A stretch of 64,000 nucleotides of DNA from Candidatus Acidiferrales bacterium (GTDB lineage Bacteria; Acidobacteriota; Terriglobia; Acidiferrales; UBA7541): positions 145,809-209,808 of the forward strand of contig CAWFNI010000015.1 in NCBI GenBank assembly GCA_963817085.1, in the 5' to 3' direction. The notes beneath the pieces are model-generated. The model did no database searches. It had not been told where the DNA came from and saw only the letters and a list, made by a program, of their open reading frames with translations. Below, one piece after another: positions 31,148 to 41,787 of the stretch (positions are counted from its first letter, which is position 1; each line of letters opens with the position of its first letter). The translations under genes were made by a program, and so were the position numbers.

Positions 31148-32001
31148 CTACTTGAGCTCCGGCGTCGTGAAAAAAGCGGACGTCGCGCGGCTCAGATGGG
31201 CTCGCAGATGAAACCTGGGGATCTGCAAACGCCGGTCAGCTAGCCATCCCAGGACAAGCCGAACCGCCATCAGCAGGATCAGTGAGCTGACCGAAACAAA
31301 AAGATACAAAAACGAGCGTCGCTCCAGGAGCAGGCTCCAGTCCACGTTCTCGTCCCACTCGGGAAATACTCGGTCCAACAATCGCCGAATTTGCACCCCG
31401 TGGAAAGGCACGGCCGCGACACGCACATGCGCGAATCGCTCATAATTGTATTCCGACGGGTAGCCGGGCAGCACGCTGGTTGCTTCGTGGAAGATTTCCG
31501 GGTTTTGCAGCTCTTTGCGCGTTAGAAAATTTCCCTGCTTGTCCTTCAGGATGGCGCGATACGTCGGATCGACAATCACCCAGCGCCCTCCCAAATGCAC
31601 TTCCGCGACCACGTGCTTCGTGCTCCGCTCCGGAGTCAGCAGCAGCAGTCGCCGCGCCTCCACCGCGGTGCTCCGCGACAAATTCAAGAATGCATTCGTC
31701 GCGCTCCCGCACACTGCTAATAGCTGCCGGTAGTTCAGCGTGTCCTCGCGGATCCCGCGGAGAGAGTTCTGTCAGTTTTGGGGCCTCTTGGCGCGGTGCC
31801 CCGTTGCGCATCCATGCCAGGATCGTTTCCACTTTCTGTTCGGGTGTGGCTGTATCCGGCACGATGGCGTCAGAGAAGCCATCCAGGTACTGGCGAACAG
31901 AATATTCCCACACCCCGGACCAGATCGTGACTACCAACGCCACGGCGAGCAGCAAATTGCTCAGCCACCATACAAAACGAAATAGAAAGCGTGCTTGTCA
32001 A
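31148..32001 (-). CDS. Membrane-anchored transglutaminase-like (Cys-His-Asp) protein; frameshifts near 31985 and 31745
   Basis: N-terminal TM (ORF 31440-31955), then ...LAVCGSATNAF...KHVVAEV...WVIVDPT and a C-terminal TM (ORF 31148-31714); TTG start at 32001 behind AGGA is inferred. Confidence 0.72.
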
Positions 32002-32034
32002 AGTCGATTCCTGGACTGTGGGAATGAAATTGTC

Positions 32035-33247
32035 CTATGACCGCGACTGTCCCGCAAGTCTCTCGTAGATCCTCTCCATCTGCGCGAGCGGCTCTTCCCA
32101 GCCAAGTCTCTTCACCGCTTCGGCGCAACCGTTCTGCATCCTCTTGTCGAAGTGCAGCGTCTTCGAAAAGCCGCGCAAAGCGCTCCGCGCACTTCTCCCT
32201 CCTCATGCTCTACCACCAGCCCCGCAACATCCTTCAGCAACGAGAGCAATCCCGCACTCTCTCGTCACAACCACGGGTGTGCCTGCTGCCACCGCCTCCG
32301 CCGCCGTATTTCCAAAATTTTCGTTTTGCGAAGGCAGCACAAAAATATCCGCATCTCGATATGCGCTCCACTTGGCCTGGCCCTCGAGCGGCCCGGAAAA
32401 ATGCACTCGGTTCAATACACCCAGCTGCTTGGCCATCTGCTGAAGCCTGTGTTTCATCCCGGACTCGTCCGGACCCACAAACGCGAGATGCACGGTCGAA
32501 GTTAGGCCCCTCCGGACGCTCCAGACCCGCGAATGCATTCAGCAGCAGATCCGGGCTTTTCTTTTGCGACATCCGCCCCAAAAATAGAATGAGCCGGGCG
32601 TCTGGCGGAATCTTCAGCCGAGAGCGAAATAGCCCGCGCTCCGGCAGTTCCGCCGGCACTTCCACGCCGTTCCTGCGCAACAGGATTTTTTCGCCTGCGA
32701 CTCCTCTACCTCTAAGTTCGACGCCTTCCTGCTCCGCCGTGGCGATGATGGCGCTCGCACCCGCCAGCATTTCCCGCCCCCAGATTCGGTGGTACATCCG
32801 CTTCAGCCACAAATTCCGCACGATCGGCACGAACATTCCGATGGGTTCCACCACATAGGGAATTTTTCGCTTGCGGCACTCCGCTGCTACGCGTGGCCCC
32901 AGCAGGTCGTACAGCCCGAAAATGTGCGCGACATCAAATTCCGCCAGGCGAGTGCGCAAGTAGCGGCCCAGCGCAGGATTCCAGCTCGCCGCGCGGTAGT
33001 GCAGGCCGTTCGCCAGGTACACCGCTGTCACGCCATTCATCTTGCGCCGGCGCCCGAATGGGCTGTGTTCCGCCGCCGGCTCGTTTGGCGAAGCGCTTAG
33101 CCGGCGATCCAGTCCCCAGTCCGCCGTCAGCACCGTCACCTCGTGCCCTTTCCGCGCCAGTCCTTCCGCCAGGGCCCGCACTTTTGCCGGCGGCCCTCCA
33201 AATTCGAAAAAGGGAGCGTAGCTTTGTGTGACGTTCAGGATTCGCAT
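32035..33247 (-). CDS. GT4 glycosyltransferase; frameshifts at about 32500 and 32230
   Basis: MRILNVTQSYAPFFEFGGP, LFLGRMSQKK, FVLPSQNENFGNTAAEAVAAGTPVV. Confidence 0.88.
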
Positions 33248-34383
33248 AATTCGCGCAGAATTTTCTTGAACCCTTTGGCGAACACGCTGAAGCGGAATTC
33301 TTTCTCCACGCGCTCGCGCCCGTGCGCTCCCATCTGTCGCGCCAGCTCCGGATTGGAAAGCAACGCGTCGATCGACGTGGCCAGCTGCACCGTGTCTCCA
33401 TGCTGCACCAGGTAGCCGGTCACCCCATCCTGGATCACTTCCGGTGCCCCGCCATGCGCTCCCCCGATCACCGGCTTGCCTCGCGCCATAGCCTCCAGGT
33501 ACACAAACCCAAATCCCTCCCCGCGGCTCGGTAGAGCGAAGAGTTCGGAAGCCGCATAACACGCGGACAATTCATCGTAAGTGAGTTCACTCAGAAAATG
33601 AACGTGCCGTTGCACGCCGCTGTCCCGCGCAATATTCACCAGCCATTCGCGATCGTTGCCTGCGCCCACCAACACCAGTTCAATGTCCGGCCAGCGCAAC
33701 AATAGCCGCGGCAGCGCCTGGATCAGCGTGTCCATCCCTTTATATCGCTCCGTCGCGAGCCACCGTCCGACCGTGAGGATCACCCGCCCGCGTGGAAACT
33801 CCGCGGGCAGCCGCGCCGGAGATTCGCCGCCGCGTCGCGTCTCGAAATCCGGATCAAGTCCCCAGGGCAGCACGCGGACACGCCCGGCGGCGACACCCTG
33901 CAGGGAAATGACATGTTCCGCGGTCGCACGGCTCGGTGCCAGAACCAGCGTGGCACGCTGCAACGCCCTCATCCTCATCCTGGAAAGCGGCTCCCACACC
34001 TCAATTCCGTGCGTGCACACGATGCTGTTCATCCTCGGGGCCGCCACCTGCATCGCCCGGACCAGAGGCGCAAGATTCGGATGCGCGGCCACCACGACCT
34101 TCGCATGCCGCCGCGCCGCTTTCAGTGCCGATACGGCAAATCGTCCCTTGCCCCGCGCCGCTCCCGTGAAAACGTATTCGCGCTCGCCGATTCGCATCCG
34201 GTGCAGTTCCGGCGTGTCGTTCAGGCTCAGCAGCCGGTACTCCATCTTCTTCGAAGCGGCAAATTCGCTTAGTACAAACGCCATATGCCGCCCCGCCCGC
34301 TGGATTCCGCCGGGCGCGTCCAGTTCAGGAAACAATCCAATTAGCACGCGGTGAGTCTGACAAATCCGGGCATTCGAACGCAA
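33235..34383 (-). CDS. GT4 glycosyltransferase (PimB-like)
   Basis: GGIQR, THGIEVW, LTVGR..ERYKG, FALPSRGEGFGFVYLEAMARGKPVI. Confidence 0.92.
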   Translation of the reverse strand: MRSNARICQTHRVLIGLFPELDAPGGIQRAGRHMAFVLSEFAASKKMEYRLLSLNDTPELHRMRIGEREYVFTGAARGKGRFAVSALKAARRHAKVVVAAHPNLAPLVRAMQVAAPRMNSIVCTHGIEVWEPLSRMRMRALQRATLVLAPSRATAEHVISLQGVAAGRVRVLPWGLDPDFETRRGGESPARLPAEFPRGRVILTVGRWLATERYKGMDTLIQALPRLLLRWPDIELVLVGAGNDREWLVNIARDSGVQRHVHFLSELTYDELSACYAASELFALPSRGEGFGFVYLEAMARGKPVIGGAHGGAPEVIQDGVTGYLVQHGDTVQLATSIDALLSNPELARQMGAHGRERVEKEFRFSVFAKGFKKILRELCES

Positions 34384-34401
34384 GGACTGCGTCTCTTCTT
34401 T

Positions 34402-35070
34402 TTACGGATGATTCTTCGTGAGTGCCAGTAACTCCGCGAAATTGTCCACATACACGTCTGCAGGCTGCTTCCCCCGGTCGTGTTGCCCAAATCCGTAGTT
34501 CACTCCCACGGCCAGCATCCCGGCATTCCGCGCGGTCTGAATATCCACGTCGGAATCTCCCACCATCGCCGCTTCCGCCGCTGGAACGCCCAGTTCCTTC
34601 AGGAGGGCCAGCGCCCCGCTTGGATCGGGCTTCTTCCTTTCAAAACTGTCTCCGCCGTATACCGCGCGGAAAAATTGCGCCAGCCCCAGTCCCTCCAGAA
34701 TCTCCACGCTCAATTTCACCGGTTTGTTGGTCAAAACGGCCATGGGATAACTGGCCAGCGCCGGTAGCGCTTCCGCAACGCCCGGGTAGGCCCGCGTCAG
34801 GTCCAATTTGCGTTCGTTGTACTGCTTCAGGAAAATCCCCAGTGCTTCGTGCCTTTGTGCTTCGCTCGAATCCGGTCCCAAAGCACTGGCAATCAACTGC
34901 GGTGCGCCATGGCCAACATAACTTGCAACCAAATCCGTCGGCAGTTCCGCCCGGCTTGTCTCGCGCAACATTGCATTCACCGAATGCACCAGGTCCATTT
35001 TTGAATCGATCAGCGTCCCGTCCAGGTCGAAGACAAACGCCCGCACACTGCCACCATTCTCCATTTTCAT
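34402..35070 (-). CDS. HAD-IA phosphatase (phosphoglycolate phosphatase-like)
   Basis: FDLDGTLIDS, LTNKP, KKPDP, MVGDSDVDIQTARNAG. Confidence 0.9.
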   Translation of the reverse strand: MKMENGGSVRAFVFDLDGTLIDSKMDLVHSVNAMLRETSRAELPTDLVASYVGHGAPQLIASALGPDSSEAQRHEALGIFLKQYNERKLDLTRAYPGVAEALPALASYPMAVLTNKPVKLSVEILEGLGLAQFFRAVYGGDSFERKKPDPSGALALLKELGVPAAEAAMVGDSDVDIQTARNAGMLAVGVNYGFGQHDRGKQPADVYVDNFAELLALTKNHP

Positions 35071-35205
35071 AGGCCTTTCATTGTAATACGCTGGCCACGA
35101 CCCCGTTCCTACCGCATTTCCGTTCCGGCAAGTTTTTTCAGTTCGCGCCCAGTTCGCGTACACTAGTAATCTGCCCGTTCTGCAAAAATTCTTTCTGGAG
35201 ACGTC

Positions 35206-36552
35206 ATGGCCCTGGTTCAGCCCTTCCGTGCCTATCGCTACAATCCGAGTCTTGCTCCCTTTGAAAAGGTGCTCACGCAACCCTATGACAAAATCTCCCC
35301 CGCCATGCAGGAGCAATACTATTCGGCCGATCCCCACAACCTGATCGTCGTCGAAAAAGGGCGCGTGCAAAAGGACGACAACTCGCAGAACAATGTCTAC
35401 ACGCGCGCCGCCATCAGCTTGAACAGTTGGATCGCCGCAAACGTGGTGCAACAGGATCCCGCGCCCGCTCTTTACGCTTACACCCAGGAATACGACGTCC
35501 CCGGCGCCACCCTCCGTCGCACACGCCGCGGCTTCATCGGTCTCGGCAAACTCGAGGAGTACTCCGCCGGCGTGATTTTCCGGCACGAGCACACTCTCTC
35601 CGGTCCGAAAGCTGACCGCCTGGAGCTATTGCGGCACACCCGCACGCACACCGGCCAGCTGTTCATGCTCTATTCGGAGCCGCAGCTCCTGGCAGACAAG
35701 ATTCTCGCGGAAGTCGAATCCTCGCTTCCCCCTGTCACGCAGATGACCGACGAGTACGGCGTCATACACCGTCTGTGGCCGGTTTCCGATCCGCAACGCA
35801 TCGCCGCGATCCAGCATGCCATGGCCAGCCAGAAGCTCGTCATTGCCGATGGCCACCATCGCTACGAAACTTCTCTCAATTTCCGCAAGGAATGCCGCAC
35901 GCGCGCCGGAAAGCTTATCCCCGATGCGCCATACGAATTCTCCATGATGACCTTCATCAATACCCGCAGCGAAGGCCTGACCATTCTTCCCGGCCACCGC
36001 GTTGTCGCCAACCTCCGCGATTTTTCCTGGAGCGCCGTCCGCCGCTACCTCGAACCGTGGTTCGCCACCGAAGTCTTTCCCTTTGACGGAGAATCCCAGC
36101 GCCGGGTGACTCTCGACAAGTTTCTCACTCGCCTGGTGGCTGCGAAATCCCAGCGCGCCATCGGTGTTTACCCCGCCCCGGAGACCGGTACCCGCGCCTT
36201 CTACCTCCTCACGCTGCGGCCGGAAGCGGACATCGCTCAGATTCTTCCCGGCCTCTCCCCTTTGCAGCGCGAACTGGACGTGGTCCTTTTGCATCAGGGC
36301 ATTCTGGAGCCCGCGCTCGGCATCACCCCTCATGCCGTCACTTCCGAAGCAAATCTAAGTTACGAGCGCGAAGCCAGCGTGGCCATCGATGCCGTCGAAC
36401 GCGGCTCCGCCCAGGTTGCCTTCCTGCTCAACTCTGCGGAAGTCGACCTGGTCATGCGCGTAGCCACGGCCGGCGAGGTCATGCCGCAGAAATCCACGGA
36501 CTTCTATCCCAAGCTCCTCAGCGGCATCACCATGTTCCGTATCGAGGAGTAA
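35206..36552 (+). CDS. DUF1015 family protein
   Basis: PFRAYRY, PYDKIS, HEHTL..PKADRL, IADGHHRYET, MPQKSTDFYPKLLSG. Confidence 0.9.
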   Translation: MALVQPFRAYRYNPSLAPFEKVLTQPYDKISPAMQEQYYSADPHNLIVVEKGRVQKDDNSQNNVYTRAAISLNSWIAANVVQQDPAPALYAYTQEYDVPGATLRRTRRGFIGLGKLEEYSAGVIFRHEHTLSGPKADRLELLRHTRTHTGQLFMLYSEPQLLADKILAEVESSLPPVTQMTDEYGVIHRLWPVSDPQRIAAIQHAMASQKLVIADGHHRYETSLNFRKECRTRAGKLIPDAPYEFSMMTFINTRSEGLTILPGHRVVANLRDFSWSAVRRYLEPWFATEVFPFDGESQRRVTLDKFLTRLVAAKSQRAIGVYPAPETGTRAFYLLTLRPEADIAQILPGLSPLQRELDVVLLHQGILEPALGITPHAVTSEANLSYEREASVAIDAVERGSAQVAFLLNSAEVDLVMRVATAGEVMPQKSTDFYPKLLSGITMFRIEE

Positions 36553-36693
36553 CCGGAATCTTCATAAGCATGAATTCATTCGTTTTTCACGCCTAACGCG
36601 ACAGTATCATCCTGAGACGATCCGATGCGGATCTTCGAAGGAGCTCAACCGAACGCTTTCGCACCAGTCTTCCCGTCTGGATTCTGCTCCGCC

Positions 36694-36731
36694 AAAAAAA
36701 CAAAAAGGAGCAGGAATAATCCTGCCCCTTC
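36694..36731 (-). terminator. Intrinsic terminator downstream of the STAS gene
   Basis: Minus strand AAGGGGCAGGA-TTAT-TCCTGCTCCTT followed by TTTGTTTTTTT. Confidence 0.75.
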
Positions 36732-36764
36732 TTCAAAAATGCCTTTCGCCGATCGTCTTCAGGC

Positions 36765-37112
36765 TTACTTGGTGAAGCTGCCCACCGCTTCTGCTTCCGT
36801 GTTGTACACGTCGAAAATAGTCAGCAGCTTGGTGATTTGCAGCACTTCCTGGAACTTGCTGCCCAGGTGGCACAGTTTCAATGCCGCACCCTGGCCCTTG
36901 GCGCTGTGATGCGACGCCACCAGCGTGCCCAGCCCTGCGCTGTCGATGAACGTAATGTTGTCCATGTTCAGCACGATCTTTTTCTTTCCTTCGGCGACCA
37001 GCGACTTCACCTTTTCCCGGAGCGCGTTGCTTTCCTCACCCAACACGATTCGTCCGTCCAGCGCTGCCACTGTCACGCCGTCCACTTCTCGAGTTGTAAT
37101 CTTTAATGCCAC
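36765..37112 (-). CDS. STAS-domain anti-sigma factor antagonist
   Basis: GAGGAGG SD then GTG; LDGRIVLGEE, FIDSAGLGTLV, LQITKL. Confidence 0.92.
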   Translation of the reverse strand: MALKITTREVDGVTVAALDGRIVLGEESNALREKVKSLVAEGKKKIVLNMDNITFIDSAGLGTLVASHHSAKGQGAALKLCHLGSKFQEVLQITKLLTIFDVYNTEAEAVGSFTK

Positions 37113-37236
37113 GTTGATTTCCTCCTCATCATCCGAACACGGATCCGGCGGCAACCCGGGCCGGAACCGCGAAGCATATCTGTTTTTGCTGCTTTTCGCA
37201 AAGCAGTCCTTTGATTCGAGCGTGACTGCCTGGCCT

Positions 37237-37458
37237 TTAATAATAATCCGCGCAGGACATGTAATACCCGCACACGCCGCAGATCAGCTTGCATCTTCTC
37301 GATTCCAGCCGCTGCGAACAGATCGGGCAATAGCGGGACGGGTCCTCCTGTCCTCCGGCTGCTGTCTTCTCCGCCACCCTGCTTTCCACCGGCGACTCAG
37401 CAACAGCCGTGCCCCGCGCTTCCGCCGGGGCCATCTCCTGCTTTCCGTTCTGTTTCAC
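37237..37458 (-). CDS. Small Cys-rich (zinc-ribbon-like) protein
   Basis: C-terminal YCPICSQRLESRRCKLICGVCGYYMSCADYY; start uncertain (GTG 37458 or ATG 37434). Confidence 0.65.
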   Translation of the reverse strand: MKQNGKQEMAPAEARGTAVAESPVESRVAEKTAAGGQEDPSRYCPICSQRLESRRCKLICGVCGYYMSCADYY

Positions 37459-37638
37459 GGCTTTTTGGTTATAGCACATCCCCCTGGGCAGGGGAAAGCG
37501 CCAGCCACCCGCGCCCCTGGGCAGCCCTCCGCTTGGCCGGCCAACTCGCAATCCCCCTGCCGCCGGCACCGGCTTCCAGCCCGGAGATAGTGCCGCAGGT
37601 CATACTTGCCTGCGTCGCACCGTAGCGCTTTGCGAAGT

Positions 37639-37667
37639 TTGACTTGACGTGGGCTGCGCCCTAGAAT
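37639..37667 (+). promoter_or_regulatory. Sigma70-type promoter of the kinase gene
   Basis: TTGACT-17 nt-TAGAAT ending 9 nt upstream of ATG 37677. Confidence 0.55.
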
Positions 37668-37676
37668 GGCCGAGCC

Positions 37677-39928
37677 ATGACGGAGCCGCGGTCGCTGACC
37701 GGACAAACCATCTCTCACTATCGTGTTCAGGAAAAGCTCGGGGGCGGCGGCATGGGGGTGGTATACAGGGCCGAGGATACCCGGCTAGACCGAAGCGTAG
37801 CCCTGAAGTTCCTCCCGGAAGACACTTCAACGGACTCCCAGTCCCTCGAACGGTTCCAGCGCGAGGCCCGCACCGCATCTGCCCTGAACCATCCCAACAT
37901 CTGCACCATTCACGACATGGGTGAGCTCGACCATCCGCCCTTCATCGTGATGGAGTTGCTCGAAGGCCAGACGCTGAAGCATCGCATCACCGGCAAAGCC
38001 GCTGGACATCGAGCACAGTCCTCGAGTGTCGGCATTCAAATTGCCGACGCGCTGGCGCAGCTGCACGGTCTGAGAGGCATCATCCACCGCGACATCAAGC
38101 CCGCGAACATTTTCGTCACGCAGCGCGGCCAGACCAAGATCCTGGATTTCGGCCTGGCCAAGACTGACTCCCGCGGCAAGAGCGTGGGCTCAAGCCTCGG
38201 CGATTCGGCGCAAGCGACCGCGGCCACTGTCGATGCGGAGTTCGTCGACCAGCCCGGGCACCGTTCTCGGCACCGTGGCGTACATGTCGCCGGAGCAGGC
38301 CCTCGGCAAGGATCTCGACGCGCGCACGGATTTATTTTCTTTCGGCGCAGTTCTCTACGAGATGGCCATCGGCAGGCTCGCTTTCGAGGGCAATACTTCG
38401 GCGGCGATTTTCGACGCCATTCTTCACGGGACGCCGCCATCCCCGGTGCAAGTGAATCCGGATTTGCCGGTGGAACTCGAACGCATCATCAACAAGGCAC
38501 TTGAAAAGGACCGCGACCTCCGCTACCAGACCGCCTCGGAAACAAAAGCCGATCTGAAGCGATTAAAACGCGACCGCGATACTGCTTCCGGCCGCGCTCG
38601 CGATGCGCGAGGCCACTCGGGCGCCTCGGTAGCCGCAGCCGCGCCGTCGCGGAAAAATCCGTCGCCGTCCTCTACTTCGAAAATCTGAGCGGCAGCAAGG
38701 ACGACGAATATTTTCGCGATGGCATGACCGAAGACATCATCACCGAACTGTCAAAGATCAAAGAGCTGCAAGTCTTTCCGCGCGCTGCGGTTCTGGGCTA
38801 CCGCGACAAGCCGGTCACCGGGCCGCAGGTCGGCCGCGAATTGAACGCCGCCTGCGTGCTCAGCGGCAGCCTGCGCCGCGCCGGCAATCGCCTGCGCATC
38901 ACCGCCCAGCTCGTTCACACTCACACCGGCCATTCCATCTGGGCCGAACGCTACGATCGCGAACTCAAAGATGTTTTCGAGGTTCAGGACGAAATCGCCC
39001 GCAGCATCAGCCAGGCCCTGCGCATCAAGCTCTCGCCGCAGGAAGAAAAAGCCATAGCCCGCAAGCCCACCGAAAATGCCCAGGCCTACGATTACTACTT
39101 GCGCGGCCGCCAGTATTTCCATCAATGGCGGCGCAAGGGTTTTGACTTTGCGCAGGCAGATGTATGCCCGCGCCATCGTGATTGATCCCGGATACGCCCG
39201 CGCCTACGCCGGTGTCGCGGATTGCTGCTCGTTCCTCTACATGTATTGGGACAGCAGCGACGACAATCATCAACGAAGCGGAAGCGGCGAGCGCGCAAGG
39301 CTCTCGAGCTCGATCCCGATCTGGCGGAGGCCCATGCTTCGCAGGCGGCCTGGCCTTGGCGCTGAGCAAAGCATTTTGACAGGCGCCAAACGGAATTCGA
39401 GACGGCCATCCGCCTCGATCCCAAACTCTACGAGCCCTATTATTTCTACGCGCGTACTTCCTTTCAGCGAGGCGACTTGGCCAAGGCCGCAGAGCTCTAC
39501 GAGTTGGCCGGTCAAGCTCAACCCGGACGATTACCAGGCCGTGAGCTTGCTCGCTCCGGTTTACCACGTTTGGCCGCGACGGCGAAGCCGACGCCACCGA
39601 GCGCCGCGCGCTGCATCTGGTCGAAAAGCACATTGAGCGTCACCCGGACGATCCACGCGCTCTCTATTTCGGCGCCGGAATTCTCGCTCGGCCGGTGATC
39701 ACGGCAAAGGCATGACTGGGCCGCCGCGCGCTGGCCATCGACCCGCAAGAAACCTCGATTCTTTATAACGTGGCCTGCGTTTACGCTCTGCTCGGCCGCT
39801 GCCGAAGACGCTATCGGCTGCTTCTCAAAAGTGATGGAGCTGGGAACTTTTACAAAGACTGGGCGGCAAAAGACTCCGATCTCGACTCCTTGCGCTCGGA
39901 TCCGCGCTTCCAGGCGCTTCTCAGCTGA
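37677..39928 (+). CDS. Ser/Thr protein kinase with TolB-like and TPR domains; many frameshifts
   Basis: [37 protein letters not shown], then [12 protein letters not shown]...WAERYDR...AYDYYLRG and TPRs spread across shifting frames. Confidence 0.88.
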
Positions 39929-40035
39929 CTTCCTCCCGACGATTCCACCCCCTTCTTCCATGGTCGTCTAACTCGCCAGTCGCTGCCCCAATTTCCCCGT
40001 GCGCAAAACTTTCCACCTCTGCTACGCTCATACCC

Positions 40036-41787
40036 ATGCGAAATTACATTAGATTTTTTCTTCTGCTGGCCTTGGCCGGCCCCGCCTTCGCCCAGGATGT
40101 CAAACCACTCGCCGATCGCCTCGCCGCGCAAAATACTCTCTTCGACGAACAATACGAGTCCGACCTGCGCAACTCCCCGGAGCGCGCGACGGCCTTCGGT
40201 GACTACCGCTACAACGACAAGCTCGCCGACCATTCTCCTGCCGCCATCCTCCAGCGCGACCACACCAACCGAGCTTTCCTCGGCCGTCTTCAGGCCATCT
40301 CCACCTCCGGCTTTTCCGATCAGGATCAGCTCTCTCATGACCTCCTCGTTCGTGTTCTTCAACAGCGCATCGCCGATTTCGACCTGAAAGAATACGAGAT
40401 GCCCATCAATCAGCAGAACGGCATCCATACTTATCTCGCGGATCTGCCTCTCTCCGTTCCTCTCGATTCCGTCAAGCACTACGAGGACTACATCGCCCGG
40501 CTTCACCAGATTCCTCGCGTGCTCTCCCAGACCACCGAGGTTCTTCGCGCCGGCGTCAACGACCATCTCATGCCCGTTCGCTTCCTCATTGAAAAAATTC
40601 CGGATCAGTGCCAAGGCATCATCGATGCCGATCCCTTCCTGATTCCCACGAAGAAATACCCCGCCAGCATTTCTGCGGAAGACCAGAAGCGTCTCACCCA
40701 GCAGATCACCGCCGCCATTAACAACGACGTCATCCCCGCCTACAAGGGCTTCGCTGACTTTGTTCGCACTGACTATGCGCCGCATGGCCGCACGGCTCTC
40801 GCCATCACCTCTCTCCCCGATGGTGAGAAGCGCTATCAGAACGACATCTTCGCCCGCACCACCACGCGCATGACGCCGGACGAGATCCACCAGCTCGGTC
40901 TCCGCGAAATCGCGCGCATTCAGGCGGAGATGACTGTCATCGCCAAAAAAGAAGGCTTCGCGGATCTCGCCTCTTTCCGCGCCTCCCTCAAAACAAATCC
41001 CAAGTACATTCCCAAATCTGCGGACCAGATTCTCGACGATTTCCGCCGCTACATCGCCCAGATGGAACCCAAGCTCCCCCAGCTCTTCACCTTGCTTCCC
41101 CAATCGCCCGTCACCGTTGAGGCCATCCCCGCCTTCCAGTCCGCGGCAGCTACGCACTATGTCACCGGCACTCCGGACGGCAAGCGTCCCGGCCGCGTCG
41201 TCGTGGCCACTTCCAATTTCGCGGAGCGCTCACTCATCGACGACGAAGCCACCGCCTATCACGAGGGCGTTCCCGGCCACCACATGCAACTCTCCGTTCA
41301 GCAGCAGCTCACCGGCTTGCCCAAGTTCCGCCTCCACGGCCTCGGTTTTAATGCCTACATCGAAGGCTGGGCGCTCTACGCGGAGCAGCTTGGCAAAGAG
41401 GTTGGTTTTTATCAGGACCCCGTTTCGGATTACGGCCGGCTTTCCTCTGAACTCTTCCGCGCCGTCCGCCTGGTTGTGGACACGGGAATCCATTCGAAAG
41501 GGTGGTCCCGCGATCAAGTTGTCGAATTCATGCGCAAGTCGGGTGCTGTGGATGAGCCCACCATCCAATCGGAGACCGATCGCTACATCTCCTGGCCCGC
41601 GCAGGCGCTCAGCTACAAACTCGGCCAGCTCAAGATTCGTGAACTCCGCGACCGGGCCCAAAAAGAGCTGGGACCCAAATTCGACATCCGCGCTTTCCAC
41701 GACGAGATGCTTAATGGCGGAACCTTGCCTCTCGACCTGCTCGAAGAGCGCACCGACAAATGGATAGCTCAGCAAAAATCTAAATAA
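40036..41787 (+). CDS. DUF885 family secreted protein (metallopeptidase-like)
   Basis: Signal peptide; YHEGVPGHHMQ, EGWALYAE, RLVVDTGIH, PAQALSYKLG. Confidence 0.92.
   Translation: MRNYIRFFLLLALAGPAFAQDVKPLADRLAAQNTLFDEQYESDLRNSPERATAFGDYRYNDKLADHSPAAILQRDHTNRAFLGRLQAISTSGFSDQDQLSHDLLVRVLQQRIADFDLKEYEMPINQQNGIHTYLADLPLSVPLDSVKHYEDYIARLHQIPRVLSQTTEVLRAGVNDHLMPVRFLIEKIPDQCQGIIDADPFLIPTKKYPASISAEDQKRLTQQITAAINNDVIPAYKGFADFVRTDYAPHGRTALAITSLPDGEKRYQNDIFARTTTRMTPDEIHQLGLREIARIQAEMTVIAKKEGFADLASFRASLKTNPKYIPKSADQILDDFRRYIAQMEPKLPQLFTLLPQSPVTVEAIPAFQSAAATHYVTGTPDGKRPGRVVVATSNFAERSLIDDEATAYHEGVPGHHMQLSVQQQLTGLPKFRLHGLGFNAYIEGWALYAEQLGKEVGFYQDPVSDYGRLSSELFRAVRLVVDTGIHSKGWSRDQVVEFMRKSGAVDEPTIQSETDRYISWPAQALSYKLGQLKIRELRDRAQKELGPKFDIRAFHDEMLNGGTLPLDLLEERTDKWIAQQKSK

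Noticed and set aside
29189-32001. Lasso-peptide cluster (AsnB-like cyclase plus transglutaminase-like peptidase)
   Set aside because: AsnB keeps a full glutaminase domain, the peptidase-like protein is membrane-anchored, no PqqD/RRE or precursor was seen, and the context is glycosyltransferases
37677-39928. Treating the kinase and carbamoyltransferase as true pseudogenes or programmed frameshifts
   Set aside because: Many scattered indels with intact motifs and no consistent slippery sites; sequencing error is more parsimonious
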